A DNA stretch of 64,000 bases from a bacterium (GTDB taxonomy: Bacteria; Zhuqueibacterota; Zhuqueibacteria; Zhuqueibacterales; Zhuqueibacteraceae): the NCBI GenBank assembly GCA_044869275.1, contig JBIOXB010000137.1:1-64000 (forward strand), written 5' to 3'. The notes beneath the pieces were generated by a model. That model was not told the origin of the DNA. It did not search any database and saw only the letters and a program-made list of their open reading frames with translations. How positions within the stretch are numbered: position 1 is the first letter of the stretch; every line of letters begins with the position of its first letter. Both the position numbers and the translations under genes were made by a program. This document shows, piece by piece, positions 49,549 through 59,761 of this stretch.

Positions 49549-49634
49549 ATCAGAGAAAAAAAGACAATAAAATCATGGTCACGAACAGGCTGATGATCGA
49601 AGAGAAAAACAAAAAGAAGGCGAGAATCATTACT

Positions 49635-49752
49635 CCATTATAAGTGAAATCTGGGCTTTTTGAGCAAAGAAATTCAAAATCCAAAGCTCAAAACTCAATA
49701 CCACCTTTGGGCTTTGTGTATTGAGTTTTTCGTTTTCGGCTGGTACGGGTTA
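49635..49752. repeat. Dispersed ~118-bp repeat, copy 2
   Basis: Closely similar to 29074-29191. Confidence 0.75.
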
Positions 49753-49756
49753 TGCC

Positions 49757-50950
49757 TCATGGCTGCTGGCCCTGGCTTTTCTTTCCCATTTGTTCCAGTT
49801 CTTTTTGCCGCTCCTCCAGAATTTTCTGCAGGTTTTTGAGCTGCTGAAAATGTAAATTTAGAATTTGTTGCTGGGCTTTCAGCTCTTTTTCGTACGTCGC
49901 CAATTCCTGTTTTCGTTTTTCATAGTCCTGCTCGAATTCTGCTTTGTTCCAAAACCCGCGGCGCTCGAAATAGCCTTTGAACAGCCAGTTGTGCTTGAGC
50001 GCTTCCATGTTTTCCGCGAAACTGAACATGCCGATGCGGCCCCAACGGCCGATTTCGTAAAGTTGCTCCTGCAAAACGGCGAGATTGGCGAAAGCCGAGT
50101 CGAGCTGCACGGCCAGCGTGGTATCTGAAATCAGTTTTCCGGCAAGGCCTCTGCCGCCTCGAATCTCGTCCAACAAGGCACCCACCGAATCGCGCATGGT
50201 GCTCACGGCAGACAAGGCGAGCTCGTGCAGATCATCGCGATAAATCAAACGCCCCAGCGTCCCTTTGCCGGCGCGCACTTGTGCCACCAGCGAGTCCGTG
50301 GAAGTGGAAACCGTGTGCAGAATCTCGCCCAAATGCTGCGTTTGCAGGTGCAGCTCTACGAAAACCGAATCCGTGCGCGCGGTCATGGAAAGAAACTGGC
50401 GGTACAAGGCTTCGTCATAGACCATCCTGCCGATCGTGCCCTGGCCGCTGTTGATTTGGCGGGTGATGCCGTCCAGACTCTGCGTCACCAATTGCATGTA
50501 GCGCGCGGTTTCGTCGAAAGAGCCAAGAATCGCGCTCAGATCGATTGGGCTGCGGCTGTTGATCGAGTCGCCATCCGTCACGTGCGGCTGCGCCAAGGCA
50601 CCGCCGACAATCGAAACGATTTTGCCCCCCACCAGGCCTTCTGTTTCAATCACTGCCACGGCGTCCCTTCTGATGAGGCGCTGGGCCTCGGCGTCCAGGC
50701 GCATGGTGACCGTGACTGTGCCACCCGGCGCCTCCGGCAGGCGGATGCTTTCCACCACGCCGATGTCGATGCCGGACAATCGCACGGGAGCGCCGGGGCG
50801 CAATCCCGCGACGTTTTCAAAAGGCACGTGCAGATAAAAAGTGCGTTCGAAAATCTTCTTCTTGCCCGCCAGAAAGAAAATCCCCGTCACCAGCACCGCC
50901 AGCCCGCCGGCAATAAACACCCCCAGCCACAACAATTGATTCTTTTTCAT
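49757..50950 (-). CDS. mlaD: MlaD/MCE family protein
   Basis: N-terminal TM, GLRPGAPVRLSGIDIGVV, TEGLVGGK, helical tail. Confidence 0.88.
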   Translation of the reverse strand: MKKNQLLWLGVFIAGGLAVLVTGIFFLAGKKKIFERTFYLHVPFENVAGLRPGAPVRLSGIDIGVVESIRLPEAPGGTVTVTMRLDAEAQRLIRRDAVAVIETEGLVGGKIVSIVGGALAQPHVTDGDSINSRSPIDLSAILGSFDETARYMQLVTQSLDGITRQINSGQGTIGRMVYDEALYRQFLSMTARTDSVFVELHLQTQHLGEILHTVSTSTDSLVAQVRAGKGTLGRLIYRDDLHELALSAVSTMRDSVGALLDEIRGGRGLAGKLISDTTLAVQLDSAFANLAVLQEQLYEIGRWGRIGMFSFAENMEALKHNWLFKGYFERRGFWNKAEFEQDYEKRKQELATYEKELKAQQQILNLHFQQLKNLQKILEERQKELEQMGKKSQGQQP

Positions 50951-50960
50951 GACTGCAAAT

Positions 50961-51710
50961 CTACAGGATTGGCACAGACTCGAGAGCGAAGTATTGTTTG
51001 ATGAACGGATGCTGGTTCATTCGGATTTCAGGGAAAGTACCGGAAGCGATAATGCGCCCTTCATACAGCACCGCGAGCGTGTCGGCCGTGCGTTGCGCGC
51101 TTTCCAGACTGTGCGTAATGCTAATCGCGGTGACACCCGCTTCTTTCTTCAACTGCACGGTCAAGAGATCGATCTCCGCAGCGGTGATGGGGTCCAGGCC
51201 GGTGGTGGGCTCGTCGTACAACATCACTTCCGGAGACAACACCAGGGCGCGGGCCAGGCCGACGCGTTTTTGCATGCCGCCCGAAAGCTCGGAGGGGTAT
51301 TTGTCCAGCGCCGCTTCCATGCCCACAAAGTGCAACTTCTGACGAATGATGCGTTCGCATTCTTCCTCCGGCAAGCGGCGATGCCGCATCAAGTGAAACG
51401 CGAGATTCTGCTTCACGGTCATGGAATCGTACAGCGCGGCATTCTGAAAAACGTAGCCCAGGCGCTGGCGCAATCGATCCAGCTCCTGGGCAGGCAAACC
51501 CACAATCTCCATTCCTGCGATTTTGAGGCTGCCGCGATCGGGTTTGATCAAGCCGGCCAGGCATTTTAGCAACACGCTTTTACCACTGCCGCTGCGTCCT
51601 AAAATCACCAGCGTTTCGCCGGGAGGAACGAAAAGCGAGACGCCATGAAGCACGGTCTGCTGGCCGAAATTCTTGTGTAGATCTGTAATCTCGATCAAAG
51701 CTACTTCCAA
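50961..51710 (-). CDS. mlaF: MlaF-like ABC ATP-binding protein (start uncertain)
   Basis: GRSGSGKS, ELSGGMQKRVGLARAL, YDEPTTGLDP. Confidence 0.9.
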   Translation of the reverse strand: MEVALIEITDLHKNFGQQTVLHGVSLFVPPGETLVILGRSGSGKSVLLKCLAGLIKPDRGSLKIAGMEIVGLPAQELDRLRQRLGYVFQNAALYDSMTVKQNLAFHLMRHRRLPEEECERIIRQKLHFVGMEAALDKYPSELSGGMQKRVGLARALVLSPEVMLYDEPTTGLDPITAAEIDLLTVQLKKEAGVTAISITHSLESAQRTADTLAVLYEGRIIASGTFPEIRMNQHPFIKQYFALESVPIL

Positions 51711-51826
51711 ACTAATCTGTCCATCTGAAAGGATCCTTTGGAGCCAGCAGGACCGTGCGCCATGCTCAGAAAGGCCGCCCCAGGATGACATGGAAAAGAG
51801 CAAAGGAACCGGATGCGATGCTCGCT

Positions 51827-52576
51827 TCAGCCAAACAACAGAATCGTCAATTTCACCAGCACCACATCGGCAACGATGATCATGAGGGTGGAAAGCACCA
51901 CCGCGATCATGGCGCTGCGGCCCACGCCCGCGGTGCCGCCAGAGGTATGATAGCCCAGAAAGCTGGCGATGGCGCCGATCAGAAAACCAAACACCACGGT
52001 CTTGCCGAGCGCGGGCAGCACCGTGTCGAAATTCAAAAAACGCAAGGCGGAATCGAAATACAAGCGCAGGGACATGTTCTGGTCCAGCAGCATGGCGAAA
52101 TAGCCTCCCAGCAGGGCCAGGAAATTGGCATACACCGTGAGCACCGGCAGCATGAACATGCAGGCCAGCACGCGCGTGGTGACGAGAAAGCGAAACGGCC
52201 GGAGCGCTGCGACTTCCATGGCATCGATTTGTTCGGTGACGCGCATGGAACCCAGTTCCGCGCCAATGCCGGCGCCCACCCGGCCGCTCACCACCAGAGC
52301 CGTAATCAGCGGCCCGATTTCACGCAACACCGCGACGGCGATCATGCTGGGGAGCAGCCCCTGCCCGCCAAAGCGCGCCAGCGTGCTGCTGGTTTGCATC
52401 GCCAGCACCATGCCGATTGCCAATCCCGCAACACCGACGATTAAAATGGATTTTGCGCCGATCTCATACATTTGCCGTGCGATTTCCCCCCGCTCTTGCG
52501 GCGCTTGCATCAGGCTGGCAACAAATCGTCCGAGGAAAAAAATAAAGCGGGCGATTTCTTCGAATAGCTTTTTCAT
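51827..52576 (-). CDS. mlaE: MlaE-like ABC permease
   Basis: REIGPLITALVVSGRVGAGIGAELGSMRVTEQIDAME. Confidence 0.92.
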   Translation of the reverse strand: MKKLFEEIARFIFFLGRFVASLMQAPQERGEIARQMYEIGAKSILIVGVAGLAIGMVLAMQTSSTLARFGGQGLLPSMIAVAVLREIGPLITALVVSGRVGAGIGAELGSMRVTEQIDAMEVAALRPFRFLVTTRVLACMFMLPVLTVYANFLALLGGYFAMLLDQNMSLRLYFDSALRFLNFDTVLPALGKTVVFGFLIGAIASFLGYHTSGGTAGVGRSAMIAVVLSTLMIIVADVVLVKLTILLFG

Positions 52577-52906
52577 CAACACTGCAAAGTGAAAACGTGA
52601 TTTTCCGTCTTCGCGCGCGAACAAAACTACCCAAAAGCCGAGCCAATGTCAAGGTTGAATTGGAGTGGGAAAGCCGGGGCGTGTGGCGAGTGCAGGAGAT
52701 TTGAACAAGAATTCTGAAGATTGGGCGCGGAGAAAGGTACTCACGGAGGAAAATATTTCAATTCTTTCATTTTTGTGAGACATTCCCATTCCTGCGCTTG
52801 GCACTTGCCGCGTGGAGGGCTTCATCCCGCAGCGCCGGGACTAGCTTGATAGAAGCTGGAGGTAGCGTTTGAGACGTGAACAAATCGCCAAGACATTGTT
52901 TTGCGT

Positions 52907-53656
52907 TCACCGCTTCACCGCTCCTTGTTGCGCCACGGCTTGCGCCGCTTTCTGCACGGCCTCGGTGTCGCCGAGATAATAGTGACGCAGCGGTTTCAAT
53001 TCTTGATCCAATTCATACACCAGTGGTATGCCGGTGGGAATATTCAACTCTACAATCTGTTCGTCGGAAAGTTGATCGAGATACTTTACCAAGCCGCGCA
53101 AAGAATTGCCGTGCGCCGCGATGATCACGGATTTTCCAGAAGCCACGACCGGCTTGATCACTTGGTGCCAATATGGCAAAAAGCGCGCTATCGTGTCTTG
53201 CAGAGACTCCATGCGCGGCAATTCGTGTTCGGCAAGATCACGATAGCGCACGTCATGCCCGGGATAGCGCGGATCAATCTTCTCCAATGCCGGCGGGCGC
53301 ACGTCGAAACTGCGCCGCCAAATATGCACTTGCGGTTCGCCGTACTTGGCGGCAGTCTCGGCTTTGTTCAAGCCCTGCAAGGCGCCATAGTGCCGCTCAT
53401 TCAAGCGCCAGCTGTTGTGAATCGGAATCCACATCCAATCCATTTCGTCCAGAACGATCCACAGCGTGCGAATGGCGCGCTTGAGCACGGAGGTAAAAGC
53501 CACGTCGAAAGCAAAGCCGCTTTCTTTGAGAAGCTGGCCAGCTTTTTTGGCTTCATTTCTGCCCTTCTCGGACAAATCCACATCGGTCCAGCCGGTGAAG
53601 CGGTTTTCTTTGTTCCACACGCTTTCGCCGTGGCGCAAAAGGACTAGTTTTTTCAT
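52907..53656 (-). CDS. gpmA: 2,3-bisphosphoglycerate-dependent phosphoglycerate mutase
   Basis: [36 protein letters not shown]. Confidence 0.97.
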   Translation of the reverse strand: MKKLVLLRHGESVWNKENRFTGWTDVDLSEKGRNEAKKAGQLLKESGFAFDVAFTSVLKRAIRTLWIVLDEMDWMWIPIHNSWRLNERHYGALQGLNKAETAAKYGEPQVHIWRRSFDVRPPALEKIDPRYPGHDVRYRDLAEHELPRMESLQDTIARFLPYWHQVIKPVVASGKSVIIAAHGNSLRGLVKYLDQLSDEQIVELNIPTGIPLVYELDQELKPLRHYYLGDTEAVQKAAQAVAQQGAVKR

Positions 53657-53671
53657 GAAGGCTTTCTGCTT

Positions 53672-54029
53672 TTACTCTTTCAATAATAAGTCTGGTCTGA
53701 ACATCTGATAGGGATAAACAATCGTATCAATAATAACTTCTTGACGAACGATGTGAAAGATGATGCGATAACGCTTTATCAACAATTGACGATAGTCCCG
53801 ATGCTCGGGCACAGTCGAACATCGTCGCGGGCTTCGCACATGCGTGGCAGCGCTTTGTTCCAAGCGGAATTTTTTTACCTTGATCAGCCTCCTTCCGTCC
53901 TTCCCCAATTGCCTGACGCACATAAATGGAATATAGAACGCGCCGCAAAGGCTGCTTCTGGCGTTTGCCGGCAAAGATTTCTTGCACGGCATTCATCATC
54001 TGAGCTTTTGATATTGTCAAATTGTGCAT
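53672..54029 (-). pseudogene. Degraded antitoxin plus RelE/ParE toxin pair
   Basis: LYSIYVRQAIGEGRKEADQGK (antitoxin-like), then only the C-terminal VPE..RQLLIKRYRIIFHI..VIIDTIV of a ParE-like toxin. Confidence 0.6.
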
Positions 54030-54152
54030 ATCATGCTCCTACTTTGCTCGATAAAATAATTCTTCTCAGCATCTTCCACAAGCAGTTTTCTGATGAAGTG
54101 GTATGCTTGGAGATTTTCTTGGACCTTGATGAAACTTGCAATTGCCATTCTT

Positions 54153-54647
54153 TCACGGTCTAAAACGTGTCACCAAATATCCTCCCACGGCGGCCAGCAG
54201 GATGCCGAGATAAAATGGCCAGCGCACGCTGCTCCAACCCCCGGCAGGCGGATGCATGGCAATGGCGACCACGGCATTCACAATGGGCGCGCCGGCAAAG
54301 ACGATGGACATCACCACCGGCGGCGTGCCTTTCGCGCCGAACGCGAGCAAGACACAGAAAGCGCCGAGTGCGCCGACCGTCCCCGCCAACAAAGACCAAC
54401 CCATTCCTTTGACCGGAAACTGCCACGTGGCACCGTTCAACAACATCACGATCACCGGCGCCAATACCGCTGTAATCAAATAAGCTATGCCGACAAATAG
54501 AAACGCCTTATACCGTCCATTGGCCGGATCACCCATGGCCAGTTGGCCCGAATGCAGGAATATGCCGTAGAGTCCCCAAGAAACAACCGTCATCAATGCG
54601 AAAATCAGCCAAGTGATGTTGGGCTCGGTGTTTTGCGGAGGGGTCAT
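54153..54647 (-). CDS. Membrane protein (EamA/DMT-like, about 5 TM)
   Basis: WGLYG, AGTVGALGAFC, VMSIVFAGAPIVNA. Confidence 0.75.
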   Translation of the reverse strand: MTPPQNTEPNITWLIFALMTVVSWGLYGIFLHSGQLAMGDPANGRYKAFLFVGIAYLITAVLAPVIVMLLNGATWQFPVKGMGWSLLAGTVGALGAFCVLLAFGAKGTPPVVMSIVFAGAPIVNAVVAIAMHPPAGGWSSVRWPFYLGILLAAVGGYLVTRFRP

Positions 54648-54669
54648 CGTTGGTTGTTGGTCGTTGATT

Positions 54670-54800
54670 ATAGATAGTGGATTGTAGATCGAGGATAGAA
54701 GATAGAGGATAGAAGATGGCGCTAAAAATTCCATGACAACAAACAACCGACTCTCGATCTACTATCCTCGATCATCTATCCTCGATCCTCCATCTTCACC
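54670..54800. repeat. Heptamer-based palindromic repeat
   Basis: (GATAGAR/GATCGAG)n ... (CTCGATC/CTATCCT)n; overlaps the 3' end of the glycosyltransferase. Confidence 0.6.
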
Positions 54801-56119
54801 CCTCGAACATCAACCTTCAAGCGCGGCTCGTCATGAACATAACGCCGGTACACCTCCACCGTCGCTTCCGCCATTTTCATGTCACTGAAATCCCGATGCG
54901 TCGCGATTTTGCCCTGCTGGCCCAGGCGATGGCGCAACGCAGGATCTTTATACAAGGCCAGCAGTCCCTGGGCTAAAGCCGGCGGCGATTCCGGCGCGAC
55001 CAATATACCACCGCCGGTCGATTCAAGCAACTCCGGAAATGAGCCGTGGCGAGGCTGCACAACCGGAATGCCATTGGCAAGTGCTTCCAGAATGTACAGC
55101 CCCTTTGGCTCCCGATAGGTCGTAGGCACGGAGAGCACATGCAAGCTTTGCAGAAACCGGATCTTCTGTGCGCGATCCACTTCGCCGAAAAACTCGAAAC
55201 TGTCGTGCAAGCCCCAAGCATCGATTTTCGCGATCACCTCGGCAAGGTATTTTTGGTCGCGCTTGCCGAGGTAGCCCGCGACCTTGAGACACACATTGTT
55301 GCGGCCCAATTCCTGCGCCAGCAAGTGGAATGCTTCGATCAGTACGTGCAAACCCTTTTCCGGGCAAATACGCGCGAGATAGCCAATGACGAAAGTATCC
55401 GAGCCATTGGCGCCCGCCGCCAGGCCGTGACCGTTCAGATTCAGTCCCAACTTCACGGCGTGAATTTTTTCTGCCGGGACTTCGAGATATTTCGCCATGA
55501 AATCGGCATAATACTGGCTGGTGGCGGTAAAACCTTCGATATCCCGGGCGCGCGCGCGCAAAACCTTCAGGCTCTGTGATTTGTAGGGCTCGATCAAATC
55601 TTCGAGGAAAATATCTTCACCCTGCAGCGCGCACAGCACCGGCACGTTCAACGCCCGCTGCAATTCGCGCGCGAAGCCGACGAACATCGCATTGGTCAAT
55701 TGCACCAGGTCGGGACGATATACTTCTTTCAGCCATTTTACCAGTTTGGCCAGTTCCTTGCGCTGCAGCCCTTCCTCCCCCTCCAACACCGAAACCGTGA
55801 GGCTGCCAAGGTCTTTGGCATTGGTGGAAGAGCTGAATCGTGAAACCCAGTGCAACAGCGCGCGATGATTGAAAAGTCTATCCAGCAGCCAGGGCGTGTG
55901 CCGGAAGAGCGCGAATTTTTGCTCGAGATAAACGTTGATCCCGCCGTAGAAGACTCTGTCGATGCTGACGTCGGTTTCATCCGTGCGCAACGGCGTGTAC
56001 GTGGGAACCAACGCGACTTCGTGTCCCAACTTTTGCAATGCGGCGGCAAGAGTGTTGTCGTGCATGCAACTGCCGCAGTACATGCCGGCGGCGCCCGCCG
56101 CAATATAGGCGATCTTCAT
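54776..56119 (-). CDS. Glycosyltransferase family 4 protein
   Basis: GAAGMYCGSC, RICPEKG, EPKGLYILEALANG. Confidence 0.9.
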   Translation of the reverse strand: MKIAYIAAGAAGMYCGSCMHDNTLAAALQKLGHEVALVPTYTPLRTDETDVSIDRVFYGGINVYLEQKFALFRHTPWLLDRLFNHRALLHWVSRFSSSTNAKDLGSLTVSVLEGEEGLQRKELAKLVKWLKEVYRPDLVQLTNAMFVGFARELQRALNVPVLCALQGEDIFLEDLIEPYKSQSLKVLRARARDIEGFTATSQYYADFMAKYLEVPAEKIHAVKLGLNLNGHGLAAGANGSDTFVIGYLARICPEKGLHVLIEAFHLLAQELGRNNVCLKVAGYLGKRDQKYLAEVIAKIDAWGLHDSFEFFGEVDRAQKIRFLQSLHVLSVPTTYREPKGLYILEALANGIPVVQPRHGSFPELLESTGGGILVAPESPPALAQGLLALYKDPALRHRLGQQGKIATHRDFSDMKMAEATVEVYRRYVHDEPRLKVDVRGVKMEDRG

Positions 56120-56175
56120 GGTTTGGCCTCTCGAAAAGCTTTATTGATGGCTATGCTCTCGCCGGCGGCATGCTT

Positions 56176-57405
56176 TCATTTCCAAATATTCAAACAAGCG
56201 GTGATGATCAAGGCATTGGTGAAATCAATAAAAAAAGCACCGACCATGGGCACGACCAAAAACGCGCGCGGCGCCGGGCCGTAGCGTTCGACCAGCGCCT
56301 CCATATTGGCCATGGCATTCGCCGTGGTGCCGAGCATGAAGCCGCAGAAGCCGCTGCTCATCACCGCGGCTTCGTAATCCCTTCCCATCCAGCGAAAAAT
56401 CGCAACAAAGCAGACCACGGCGATCAACGCAACTTGCGCCGCCAGAATGATCAACATCGGCAACGCCAATCCCACCAGCTCCCAAAGCTTCAACGTCATC
56501 AAGGCCATGACGATAAAGAGCGCGAGCGCGACGCTACCCAGATCGTCGATGATGCTTTGAGATATTCCGAGGATTTTTGTGGCGTCGTCGAGATTTCTCA
56601 ACGCCGCAGCCGCGAGCATGGCGCCGATGTAGGCCGGCAACGTCACGCCCAGGCTGGTGAAACCCTTACTAATCCACGAACCCATCCACATTGCCAGCAG
56701 AATGATGACCACGCTTTTCAAAAGCACATAGGCTTCTTTGTCTTCACCATGCGGTGCGTCACTGGCCGGCTCGGCCATCCGGTCCTCCACGATATTGGCC
56801 GCGGTCGGCAAATCGGCATGCTGCCGCCGTGCGTGCGCTCGCCGCAATTGAAAGCGCTCAATAATATACGTACCGATTGGTCCGCCCATCAAACCGCCGC
56901 AGATAATGCCTACCATCGCGGAGGCAATCGCCACCGTCGCTGCGCCGGGTACGCCGGCTTGCTCGAACAAGGGCGCGAAAGCAAGGCCCGTCGCCGGCCC
57001 GCCGGTAAGCGTGACCGAGCCGGCGAGCACACCGAACAGTGGATGCATTCCGAGCGGCAGGGCGACCAGGACGCCGATGACGTTTTGCATCAATGCGAAG
57101 ACCGTGGCGATGGCGAAGAAAGTCATGACCTGCAGGCCGCCGGTCTTTAAAAGAGAGAGACTGGCGCCAAAACCAATCGTTGTAAAAAAAGCGATCATGA
57201 ACGGGCTTTGCAGGGTGGTATCGAACTCAAAGAGCGTAAGCCCCGAGCGGCGTGTCCAAGAAATGAGTACGGCGACCAGCAGCCCTCCGATCACCGGTGC
57301 AGGAATATTATAGCGCGCCAAGGGTGTAATGACGCGTCGAATGCCATAGCCGAGGAACAGCACAATTCCGGCAAAGGCTACAGTGTGAATGAGATCGAGT
57401 TTCAT
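56176..57405 (-). CDS. gltS: Sodium/glutamate symporter
   Basis: IPAPVIGG, AFFTTIGF, GSVTLTGG, FLVVPMVGAFFID. Confidence 0.9.
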   Translation of the reverse strand: MKLDLIHTVAFAGIVLFLGYGIRRVITPLARYNIPAPVIGGLLVAVLISWTRRSGLTLFEFDTTLQSPFMIAFFTTIGFGASLSLLKTGGLQVMTFFAIATVFALMQNVIGVLVALPLGMHPLFGVLAGSVTLTGGPATGLAFAPLFEQAGVPGAATVAIASAMVGIICGGLMGGPIGTYIIERFQLRRAHARRQHADLPTAANIVEDRMAEPASDAPHGEDKEAYVLLKSVVIILLAMWMGSWISKGFTSLGVTLPAYIGAMLAAAALRNLDDATKILGISQSIIDDLGSVALALFIVMALMTLKLWELVGLALPMLIILAAQVALIAVVCFVAIFRWMGRDYEAAVMSSGFCGFMLGTTANAMANMEALVERYGPAPRAFLVVPMVGAFFIDFTNALIITACLNIWK

Positions 57406-58907
57406 TATTTCACTGCAACCTTTTCACCCACACGCACGACTTGTGCAGCGGAAATTTTTCCATCGGCGGGAAAGAACTTGTCCAAAACCTCCGGCGCTGG
57501 AGGCTTGGTGGCGAGTGAGACGACGATCATCGCCGCGGCGGAGACGGCGAGAATCAGCGCCACCGGCATCGTGCCGCCGCCCACGTCTTCGATATTATTG
57601 GTGAAGAAATAGAGCCACAATATAGCAACACTGAAGACCGAGGCCAGCGCGCCGTATTTGGTGCTGCGCTTCCAAAAAAGCGCGGCAACCACGACCGGGA
57701 ACATCGCGGCGAAGCCGGTAAAAGTCCACACGCTGATGCGAAAGATGCTGCGATCCACCACCAGTGACAGCAAATAGGTGCCCAAAATGATGACAACGAT
57801 GAACAAGCGGCCGTATAAAACCTGCTGGCGCTCGCTCATTTTATCGTGAAAGCCATAATGGCGCACGATATCCTGTGTGAACATCGTGCCAATCGCGAGC
57901 GCTTGCGAATCCACCGAGTTCATGATGGCGGATAAAACGCCGGCAGCCAAAAAACCGGCGAGCGCGCCCGGGGCATAGAGCTCGATCATTCTCGCCAAAA
58001 CGGAATTGGCGGCCGCGCCTTTAAGGCTGGGAAAATCCACCGCACCCAAAACGCCGAGCAGCACGCTCGGAAGCCAGACAATGGCAATGCACATCGGATA
58101 GAAAACGAGCATCTTGCGGAAGGTCTCCGCGCGCTTGGCCGTGAGCCAGTGCAAAAACATGTGCGGGAACATGCCTACCGACAGCGGAATGCACGTGTAG
58201 CTCAAAAGCTGCAACGGCGTGATGTGCTCGCCGCGAATCAATAAATCGGGATGCTTTTGCGCGACCGCTTGCATGCCGGCCTCCACCCCGCCGAATTTGT
58301 TGAAGACGACGAGGAAAGCGGCCAGGCCGAAAGTCATGAAGATCAGAACCTGAAAGGTGTTGACCCACACCGTGCCGCGCATGCCGCCGTAAGTGACGTA
58401 AGCCAGCGTCACCGCGCACACGATCAAACCGCCGAGCCATTCCGGCAATTGGCCATCGGTAATCTGGCTCAGCGTGATGCCGCTGCCCATCAATCCCACG
58501 AGAATGTATGGAATCATCAGCGCGGAGATCACGAAGAACAACACCAGGCCGAGAAAATCGGAAGCATAGCGCTGGCGGAAGTATTGGATCTGCGTCAAAT
58601 AGTCGAGTCGTTTGCCGAGCGACCAGATGCGCGTGCCGACAAAATAAAAAACCGCAGGAATCACGAGCGCGGAGGACGAGGCCATGAGCGCGAACACGCC
58701 GATGCCGGAATGATAGGCTTCACCCGAAGCGCCGAGAATGGCGAACGCCGTCATGTTTGCGCCGAACAAAGACATCAACAACAGAAACGGCCCGAAGCTG
58801 CGGCTGGCCACGAAGTAATCTTCTCCCGTGCCGCGAAACAGCTTGTGACTGAGTGTGCCGACGGCCAAAACAATGGCGAGGTAAAGAAAAATGACGGTGA
58901 TGGTCAT
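57405..58907 (-). CDS. Sodium:solute symporter family protein
   Basis: DYFVASRSFG, GGMRGTVWVNTFQ, SAIMNSVDSQ. Confidence 0.9.
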   Translation of the reverse strand: MTITVIFLYLAIVLAVGTLSHKLFRGTGEDYFVASRSFGPFLLLMSLFGANMTAFAILGASGEAYHSGIGVFALMASSSALVIPAVFYFVGTRIWSLGKRLDYLTQIQYFRQRYASDFLGLVLFFVISALMIPYILVGLMGSGITLSQITDGQLPEWLGGLIVCAVTLAYVTYGGMRGTVWVNTFQVLIFMTFGLAAFLVVFNKFGGVEAGMQAVAQKHPDLLIRGEHITPLQLLSYTCIPLSVGMFPHMFLHWLTAKRAETFRKMLVFYPMCIAIVWLPSVLLGVLGAVDFPSLKGAAANSVLARMIELYAPGALAGFLAAGVLSAIMNSVDSQALAIGTMFTQDIVRHYGFHDKMSERQQVLYGRLFIVVIILGTYLLSLVVDRSIFRISVWTFTGFAAMFPVVVAALFWKRSTKYGALASVFSVAILWLYFFTNNIEDVGGGTMPVALILAVSAAAMIVVSLATKPPAPEVLDKFFPADGKISAAQVVRVGEKVAVK

Positions 58908-59134
58908 GAGGCGCGATCCTCTTCAGTTTCAACTTCAAGGTGGCGGGGCCAGGCGTACTTTGCCAGCAAAAACATCATGCCGGAAGCGGCCAGGCAAAAA
59001 ATGAAATGATACAACAAGCCCACGGGCAAGCCCAGCACTAAAGAGTCGTCGTTCCAGAACCAGAGATCATTGTGCAGGAGATAGAGAGCGAACAAGCCCA
59101 GGTACAACGTCCAGCGCGGGAAGGAGTTTTTCAC
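58904..59134 (-). CDS. DUF3311-like small symporter accessory membrane protein
   Basis: LYLLHNDLWFW..LVLGLPVGLLYH; overlaps the symporter start. Confidence 0.75.
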   Translation of the reverse strand: MKNSFPRWTLYLGLFALYLLHNDLWFWNDDSLVLGLPVGLLYHFIFCLAASGMMFLLAKYAWPRHLEVETEEDRAS

Positions 59135-59457
59135 TATTTCCTCCAGGATACAGGAAAAAAACAAGCGAACTGGCACAAAAACACCCGTTCGTTGTCCGAC
59201 TGATTGAGGATCTGATTCAAGAAACGCATGGGGCTGGGCGTATGCGTAAGCGAGGCCAGGCCGGCGCGATGAAGTGCCGTGAGCAGTATGCCGGCGGCGA
59301 TGCCCACGGATTCGGTGACGTAATAGTTCTTCACTTTGCGACCGTTGGGCAGCAGGCCATAGCTCTGCGCGAAGATCAGAGTCAAATAAGGCACGGTTTC
59401 CAAATACGGTTTGTGTTCTCGATACGATGATGACGGGACGAAATGAGGTGTTGCCAT
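59134..59457 (-). pseudogene. Nitroreductase (iodotyrosine deiodinase-like) with internal deletion and damaged 3' end
   Basis: [25 protein letters not shown] present; the N-terminal RRxxR FMN-binding region is absent. Confidence 0.7.
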
Positions 59458-59464
59458 GTTGCCT

Positions 59465-59746
59465 CTAAATTACGGGCTGCATTTTTAACAGATGGTCCAC
59501 TTCAATGCCGTCGTCCAATTCATTCCAGTAAATGGCGAAACCGCCTGGCTCAATGGCCCAATTCGCGCGCTGCTTGTCATTTGCTTTGGCAAGCCAATCT
59601 AGCCACGAAATACGATCGAGCAAAACACCGATTTCGCGGCCATCGTCCAAACTAACGTATAAAGTATTGCCGGCAAATCTTACTCCCGTGGCACCGACCC
59701 GGCCAACCTTTTCACTTGTTAAAGTAGGCATGCCAAACCTCGCCAA
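59465..59746 (-). CDS. DUF2442-like protein
   Basis: [35 protein letters not shown]. Confidence 0.8.
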   Translation of the reverse strand: MARFGMPTLTSEKVGRVGATGVRFAGNTLYVSLDDGREIGVLLDRISWLDWLAKANDKQRANWAIEPGGFAIYWNELDDGIEVDHLLKMQPVI

Positions 59747-59761
59747 ACGTTACAACTCTCA

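Noticed and set aside
52625..52900. Intergenic region between mlaE and gpmA as tRNA or riboswitch
   Set aside because: No cloverleaf or riboswitch consensus recognisable by eye.
54670..54800. Short repeat tracts as a CRISPR array
   Set aside because: Units are 7 bp with no unique spacers, and there are no cas genes in the window.
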